From: Armatimonadota bacterium
GTDB taxonomy: Bacteria; Armatimonadota; HRBIN16
Assembly (NCBI GenBank): GCA_963677485.1
Contig: OY781964.1
Location: 4,480,001 to 4,544,000, forward strand
DNA: 64,000 bases
Direction: 5' to 3'
Positions 59,801 through 64,000 of the stretch are shown piece after piece (positions within the stretch are counted from its first letter, which is position 1; every line of letters begins with the position of its first letter). The notes beneath the pieces are model-generated. The model made no database searches, had not been told where the DNA came from, and worked only from the letters and a program-made list of their open reading frames with translations. The translations under genes were made by a program, and so were the position numbers.

Positions 59801-60016
59801 GAGCCCGCTTACCAGACCTGCGGGCATCAGGTGCTGCGTGTGCCCGTGCTGGCCGCTGAAGGCACGCTGGTGCAGAAGGGTCGGGGGCGCAGCGTAATTG
59901 TGGACGCCGTGTGGCCTATGGAGATGAGCGTGATAGAGACGGAGGAGCGGAACAGTGCCGGTGGAGGTGATGATGTAGCCGAAGTTGTGGCAGCATCGGA
60001 CGGATCAGGCGGATAG
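56870..60016 (+). CDS. dnaE2: Error-prone DNA polymerase III alpha (DnaE2/ImuC)
   Basis: HLHVHS.FS PHP domain, GRGSAA, PDIDIDF, GFCEAHAASF, SQPMGYY signature, OB fold. Confidence 0.92.
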   Translation: MIHLHVHSGFSFEDGANQPEELAAEAARLDMSALALTDRDALYGAVRFQDACSRVGIQAIHGAVLTMHDGMDLLLLCETPEGYRNLSRILAKAHLQNPRNEPHTRMPWLRLHHEGLICLTGSRQSRLVYLVRAQRYSEAKNWLDELRTVFGAQNLYIQLERCFRPGDAWITARLMELADHMGLPVVASADVRYATPKQFPAHDILLCAKLDISVAQPHPLRGINTCNSLQHALDWPQLFEDRPDAVQNTLLLAQRCTYNTLPQDHNLFPRFPVKAGETPEGVLKLLVRQGAQRRFKQITPEARKRLTHELQIICQLGYADYFLAVWDLARFADDQGIRHTGRGSAADSAVAYCLNLTSVDSIRRGLPFERFLSMERSQKPDIDIDFDSERREEVFRYVRERYGEDHVGMVCTFQTFRARSAIRLVGKSLGISVQMVDYFAKHIPWMCHADALDRAFDKAPELLHSGLSRQQLTLWVYLCAQISGLPHHFSTHLGGIVISRVPVCDIAPMQMSPMDRRVLQFDKDDVERIGFIKLDLLSLKTLHAVEEAEGQIMEIDPGFRVTEIPYDDPEVYKMIRAGETIGAFQIESPAQRSLHVRLNSDHQNDLDVSVALIRPGPIGGNMVEPFVNRRNGVEQVAYLHPDLEPILRHTCGVPVFQEQIILIATVMAGFTPGESDHLRKTMTHNRSQIAMEEIGTRFVQSSVNRGYTQELAQMVFEWIFGFAGYGFCEAHAASFGDTAYKTAWMLHYHPGEYMAAILSSQPMGYYPVNTIAQEARRRGVQLIQPDINLSKVACKCHNNRIRLGFCRIGGMRRAEMDAIEQGQPFTDLEDLCRRATVNRDSLESLAMCGAFDSWHRNRRMWLSRIPEAIASVNDGGLVSPRSETDRSVANFSPWEQFMLEWQLMGLTVNCHVMTHLRERMYRLGFYSSADLKQVPNGMRVSVAGLVTCPHRPPTRSGRRVMFFGLEDEFGQIECALFEPAYQTCGHQVLRVPVLAAEGTLVQKGRGRSVIVDAVWPMEMSVIETEERNSAGGGDDVAEVVAASDGSGG

Positions 60017-60074
60017 GACGGATTGGACTGATATATAAAATCCGCCCGATCCGCCCTAAATCACTCCGCAGAGC

Positions 60075-61112
60075 CTATGCTATCTGCACATCGTGACCGC
60101 CGCGCTGGATATCGCCCAGCAGAACAGCTTGTTCGCCATTGTTGTTTAGGTATTCAATAAAGTAGGGTGCTTGTTCACGCGGCATGATGACCACCATTCC
60201 GATGCCCATATTGAAGCTGCGGAACATCTCATGATCGGTTATATTGCCTTTTTGCTGAATAAGCCGGTAGATGGCGGGGATTTCCCAACTTCGTCGGTCA
60301 ATTACAGCGCGGGTGTCACTGGGCAGCACGCGTGGGATGTTGTCATAGAACCCACCGCCAGTGATGTGCGCCATGGCGTGAATGTCAAACTTGCCTAATG
60401 CCGGGTAAATCGAATTGAGATAGCATCGGTGGGGGGTCAGCAGAACATCACCGATCTCGGCCTCAAGCTCGGGAACATATTCATCTACCTTCATGCCTGC
60501 GTGCTCAAACAGCACATACCGGGCCAGGCTGAAGCCGTTGGTGTGCAGGCCATTGGAGCCCAGCCCAACGATGGCATCCCCAGCTTCCACATTTTGGCCT
60601 GTGATAATGCGTTCGCGTTCTACGATGCCCACGATGTTGCCGGCCAGGTCGTAGTCACCCATGCCGTATAGACCGGGCATCTCCGCCGTTTCGCCGCCGA
60701 GCAATGCCACGCCGTTAGCCTGGCAGGCTTCCGACATTCCGCCGATGATAGCCAGCAGAATTTCGGAGTTCAGCTTGCCGGTGGCGAAGTAGTCCATGAA
60801 AAAGAGGGGCTTTGCGCCTTGAACCAAAATGTCGTTGATGCAGTGGTTGACAATGTCTTTGCCAACGGAGTCATGCTTGTTGTAATCAATGGCGACCTTC
60901 AGCTTTGTGCCGACGCCATCGATACTGCTTACTAATACGGGTTGTGTGTAACCCGTTAGGTCAAGCTGAAACATCCCTCCGAAGGATCCCACGCCGCCCA
61001 GCACCCCTGGGGTATTGGTGGCCTTTATCATCTCTTTCATACGCAGCAGCGCGGTGTTCGCCGCATCGATGTCAACTCCCGCCTTTGCGTAGGTGATCTG
61101 TTCGTCGCTCAT
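60075..61112 (-). CDS. purM: Phosphoribosylformylglycinamidine cyclo-ligase
   Basis: YAKAGVDID, DGVGTKL, GGETAEMPG, HTNGFSL, HITGGG, FNMGIG motifs; GGAGG RBS. Confidence 0.96.
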   Translation of the reverse strand: MSDEQITYAKAGVDIDAANTALLRMKEMIKATNTPGVLGGVGSFGGMFQLDLTGYTQPVLVSSIDGVGTKLKVAIDYNKHDSVGKDIVNHCINDILVQGAKPLFFMDYFATGKLNSEILLAIIGGMSEACQANGVALLGGETAEMPGLYGMGDYDLAGNIVGIVERERIITGQNVEAGDAIVGLGSNGLHTNGFSLARYVLFEHAGMKVDEYVPELEAEIGDVLLTPHRCYLNSIYPALGKFDIHAMAHITGGGFYDNIPRVLPSDTRAVIDRRSWEIPAIYRLIQQKGNITDHEMFRSFNMGIGMVVIMPREQAPYFIEYLNNNGEQAVLLGDIQRGGHDVQIA

Positions 61113-61274
61113 GTGGTGGTCTCCTCCCGTGGTGTGTTGCACCAATCCATTATACTGTTTCGTTAGTTGATGGGTCGAATCAAATATATAGACGTCCAAT
61201 AGAGATAGGTAGGCGTATTATAAAATAGACCTGTCTACGACGAGTCTGCGATCGTCATCATATAGGGGGCTTCT

Positions 61275-63857
61275 ATGCGACATCGGTTCAGAATATTGAT
61301 TACATTGGTGCTCAGTGTGTTGTTTTCTATGGCACTGGCGAGCCTGTCGGCACAGTCTGCGGTGGCTCCAAAGGTAACTCCGACCGTCGAATCGGTCTGT
61401 CTGGTGGCCCCTGATATCATCGCCATCACCATCCATGATGGCACTGTGAGCCTGGCGAAGCAGACGAAGTATATACCTCAGCCGGACGATAAGATCGATA
61501 AACAGGGTCTTGCCAGGTGGCTGAGCCGTAAAGGGCAGTTCGTGGGTGCGATCGCAGGTAAAAAAGGTGACGTGCTGATGCCATTCGATACGATGGTGAA
61601 GCCGTCGCTTAAGGATGCAGTGCTTCAGGATAGCCGCAGCTACGCCATCAGTTCGACAAAAGATGGCAACTACCGCAAGCCTGTATCACCCATAAAGGTA
61701 TACCGCAAGACTCGGCCCTACAACATGGCGCGAACCAACCCCTGGATGTTTGAAGCCGTGCTGGAGCATATCATCTACCTGAAGATGCCCTCCGCCGTGA
61801 AGGCCGGTAACAGCTATGAAATTAGCTTTCGTTCCCTGCCGCTAGTAAAGAGGTCGTTCAAGCTCGATATAAATCGTCTGGTGAGTGATTCAATCCATGT
61901 GACGCAAATCGGTTTTCGGCCCGATGATCCGGTGAAGATCGGCTTTGTCTCCTGCTGGATGGGCGACGGCGGTGGGCTTGGCTACCGTGCTGGCACCCCG
62001 TTTCGACTTGTGGATCAAGCGACCGGTCAGACGGTGTTCCACGGGAAAAGCCAACTGTCCAAGCGTGCCACCGACCTGACCGAAGATGCCTATAAGCGCA
62101 ACTACAATCTCACAGATGTGTATCAACTCGACTTCTCCTCGTATAATCGTGCTGGCAACTACCGAGTGGTGATAGATGGTCTGGGCTGTTCGCTGCCCTT
62201 CAAAATCGCACCAGATGCGTGGCGTGCTCCGTTCCGCACGTCCGTGCGCGGGTTGTATCATCAGCGGAGCGGGATCAAGCTGGGACCGCCATACACCAGC
62301 TTCGTCAAACAACGCGACTTTCACCCGGATGACGGTGTGAAGATTCAGATATCTACCACAGCGATTATCGACACCGCCAATGGTCCCATGGGCAATGATG
62401 CGGAGCCGACGAACTTTGGGCTGCTCGTGAAAGGCGCGACCGACGAGCTGCTGCCAAACGCCTGGGGCGGTTACCATGACGCAGGCGACTGGGACAGGAA
62501 GGTTCTGCACCTGATCTCGTCGCGGAATCTGCTGGATTTAGTGATGATATATCCCGAGTTCTCGCAAAAATTCAACCTGAACATCCCCGAATCTGGCGGT
62601 AAACTGCCCGATATGCTGGATGAAGCACTTTATGGCTTGGATGTCTACCGGCGGCTTCAAACCCCAGATGGCGGTATTCGTGGCGGCATCGAATCCGAAG
62701 AGCATCCCCAGTATGGCGACACCAGCTGGCAGGAGTCGCTGCGCGTGTTTGCCTATGCACCGGATGCCTGGAGCAGTTACTGGTATGCCGGCACCGCGGC
62801 AAGGGCGGCACTGGCACTGGGTAAGTATGACCCCACGCTGGCGGAGCAGTATCGTGGCAGCGCTCTGCTTGCCATGGAATGGGCGGAGAAGCACCAGAAT
62901 GATCCGCCAACCGCCATCGGTCACGTGGGTGCCAGCAAAAAGTGGTTGATCGGGCTGTCGCTTATTGGGCTGATCGTGTTGTTCCTGAAGTATCGCCGAT
63001 CTGCAGTTTGCCGACGCAGATGGGTTTATGTGCTGGCCACGCTGTTACTGCTGGTGACATTCCTGAAGGGCATGGGGGCTACGGCAGAACCGCAATACCC
63101 GGTGGCGCTGCACCGGCAGCATTTGATACGCGACGCCCGTAACTTCGCCGCGGCTGAGTTGTTCCGCCTGACGGGCGACGACCGCTGGAACAAGATATTC
63201 GTGGACACCACGCAGTTGAACAAGCCAAATTCAGAGTTGCTTCTCTGGCAAAAGCACGACCAGAGCGAGGCCGCGTGGGTTTATGCCCAGATCACCCGTT
63301 CAGGAGTGGATAAGGCCGTGCAGGCTCGTTGTAAAGAGGCGATTGTCATCGCGGCCAACGAACGCATAGCCACCACTGAGCTGGCTGCCTTCCGATGGAG
63401 CAAATACATCTGGCGACCGTTTGGGTTTGGCGCACCATCCACGCCCGATGCCACCACCATGATATGGGCTCATCAACTGACCAGGGATCCGAAGTATATC
63501 ACTGGCATGGTGCGTGCGGCACAGTTCGGTGCGGGAGCCAATCCCATGAATATGTGCATGACCACCGGCGTCGGTCTGAAATATCCTAAGAATCCGCTGC
63601 AGGTGGATTCCCGTATTACCAGCCAGACGGCACCAGAAGGGCTGACTGTGGGTGGAGCCATGGATGTGACTTCGGTGGTGTTTGGAGACTGGGCAAGGAA
63701 GCTGCTGAAGCCATACTGCTATCCCGATATCGAGAAGTGGCCATCCGTGGAGTCCTACATGGATGTGTTCTGGAACGCGCTTTTGTGCGAGTTTACCATC
63801 CACGAGGTGCTCTCACCGAACTTCTACTGCTGGGGTTATTTGGCAGCGCGGAAGTAG
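61275..63857 (+). CDS. GH9 cellulase-like protein (Ig-like N-domain) with internal transmembrane hairpin
   Basis: Signal peptide, Q.GF.PDD.K, YHQRSG, GGYHDAGDWD, GANP, EFTI motifs. Confidence 0.85.
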   Translation: MRHRFRILITLVLSVLFSMALASLSAQSAVAPKVTPTVESVCLVAPDIIAITIHDGTVSLAKQTKYIPQPDDKIDKQGLARWLSRKGQFVGAIAGKKGDVLMPFDTMVKPSLKDAVLQDSRSYAISSTKDGNYRKPVSPIKVYRKTRPYNMARTNPWMFEAVLEHIIYLKMPSAVKAGNSYEISFRSLPLVKRSFKLDINRLVSDSIHVTQIGFRPDDPVKIGFVSCWMGDGGGLGYRAGTPFRLVDQATGQTVFHGKSQLSKRATDLTEDAYKRNYNLTDVYQLDFSSYNRAGNYRVVIDGLGCSLPFKIAPDAWRAPFRTSVRGLYHQRSGIKLGPPYTSFVKQRDFHPDDGVKIQISTTAIIDTANGPMGNDAEPTNFGLLVKGATDELLPNAWGGYHDAGDWDRKVLHLISSRNLLDLVMIYPEFSQKFNLNIPESGGKLPDMLDEALYGLDVYRRLQTPDGGIRGGIESEEHPQYGDTSWQESLRVFAYAPDAWSSYWYAGTAARAALALGKYDPTLAEQYRGSALLAMEWAEKHQNDPPTAIGHVGASKKWLIGLSLIGLIVLFLKYRRSAVCRRRWVYVLATLLLLVTFLKGMGATAEPQYPVALHRQHLIRDARNFAAAELFRLTGDDRWNKIFVDTTQLNKPNSELLLWQKHDQSEAAWVYAQITRSGVDKAVQARCKEAIVIAANERIATTELAAFRWSKYIWRPFGFGAPSTPDATTMIWAHQLTRDPKYITGMVRAAQFGAGANPMNMCMTTGVGLKYPKNPLQVDSRITSQTAPEGLTVGGAMDVTSVVFGDWARKLLKPYCYPDIEKWPSVESYMDVFWNALLCEFTIHEVLSPNFYCWGYLAARK

Positions 63858-63966
63858 GCCAGCTACTTACCCATTACTCGACTTTCAGATTAATGTAACG
63901 GTATGTACATTACATAATACGTGCGCTTGGTGGTCCGGCACCCACGAAGTGGGTAGCAGTTCTTAC

Positions 63967-63996
63967 AGCCACGGGTAAGCGTAGCGCAACCCGTGG
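63967..63996. repeat. REP-like palindrome
   Basis: AG-CCACGGGT-AA-GCG-TAG-CGC-A-ACCCGTGG. Single copy, at the window edge. Confidence 0.45.
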
Positions 63997-64000
63997 AAAG

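Noticed and set aside
55404-60024. AATCCGTCC / GGACGGATT inverted match flanking the mutasome cassette
   Set aside because: Only about 9 bp, and the right copy is explained by a local hairpin between dnaE2 and purM.

Overview
Chromosomal window from a carbohydrate-degrading bacterium. It is probably Armatimonadota-like, an inference from the C-terminal dockerin-like modules, futalosine-pathway mqnE and many secreted glycoside hydrolases. Housekeeping genes (gdhA, mqnE, asd-dapA-rnj, hsp20-lon, tRNA-Gln, mscL, purM) are mixed with CAZyme-like genes (GH106 x2, GH127 x2, DUF4038/apiosidase-like, GH39-like, GH9, NPCBM) and an imuB-like/DUF6504-like/dnaE2 mutasome cassette. Main observations: (1) A 1.66-kb candidate mobile element (19901-21560) has no terminal inverted repeats and no DDE, HUH or recombinase signature. 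It encodes a 506-aa protein with a Rep_trans-like YDK..LRIE motif and a C-terminal winged helix, is bounded by CTAA and a GCGGC-TTA-GCCGC hairpin, and separates a near-consensus sigma70 promoter from a laminin-B/dockerin gene pair. (2) A ~150-bp nested-palindrome repeat occurs three times. (3) The long gdhA leader holds an ANTAR-like dual hairpin. (4) A GH9 has a transmembrane hairpin inserted in its catalytic barrel. (5) A candidate SOS box overlaps a leaderless imuB promoter. (6) Four accessory genes are broken. All family assignments come from motif recognition by eye; no database search was run.
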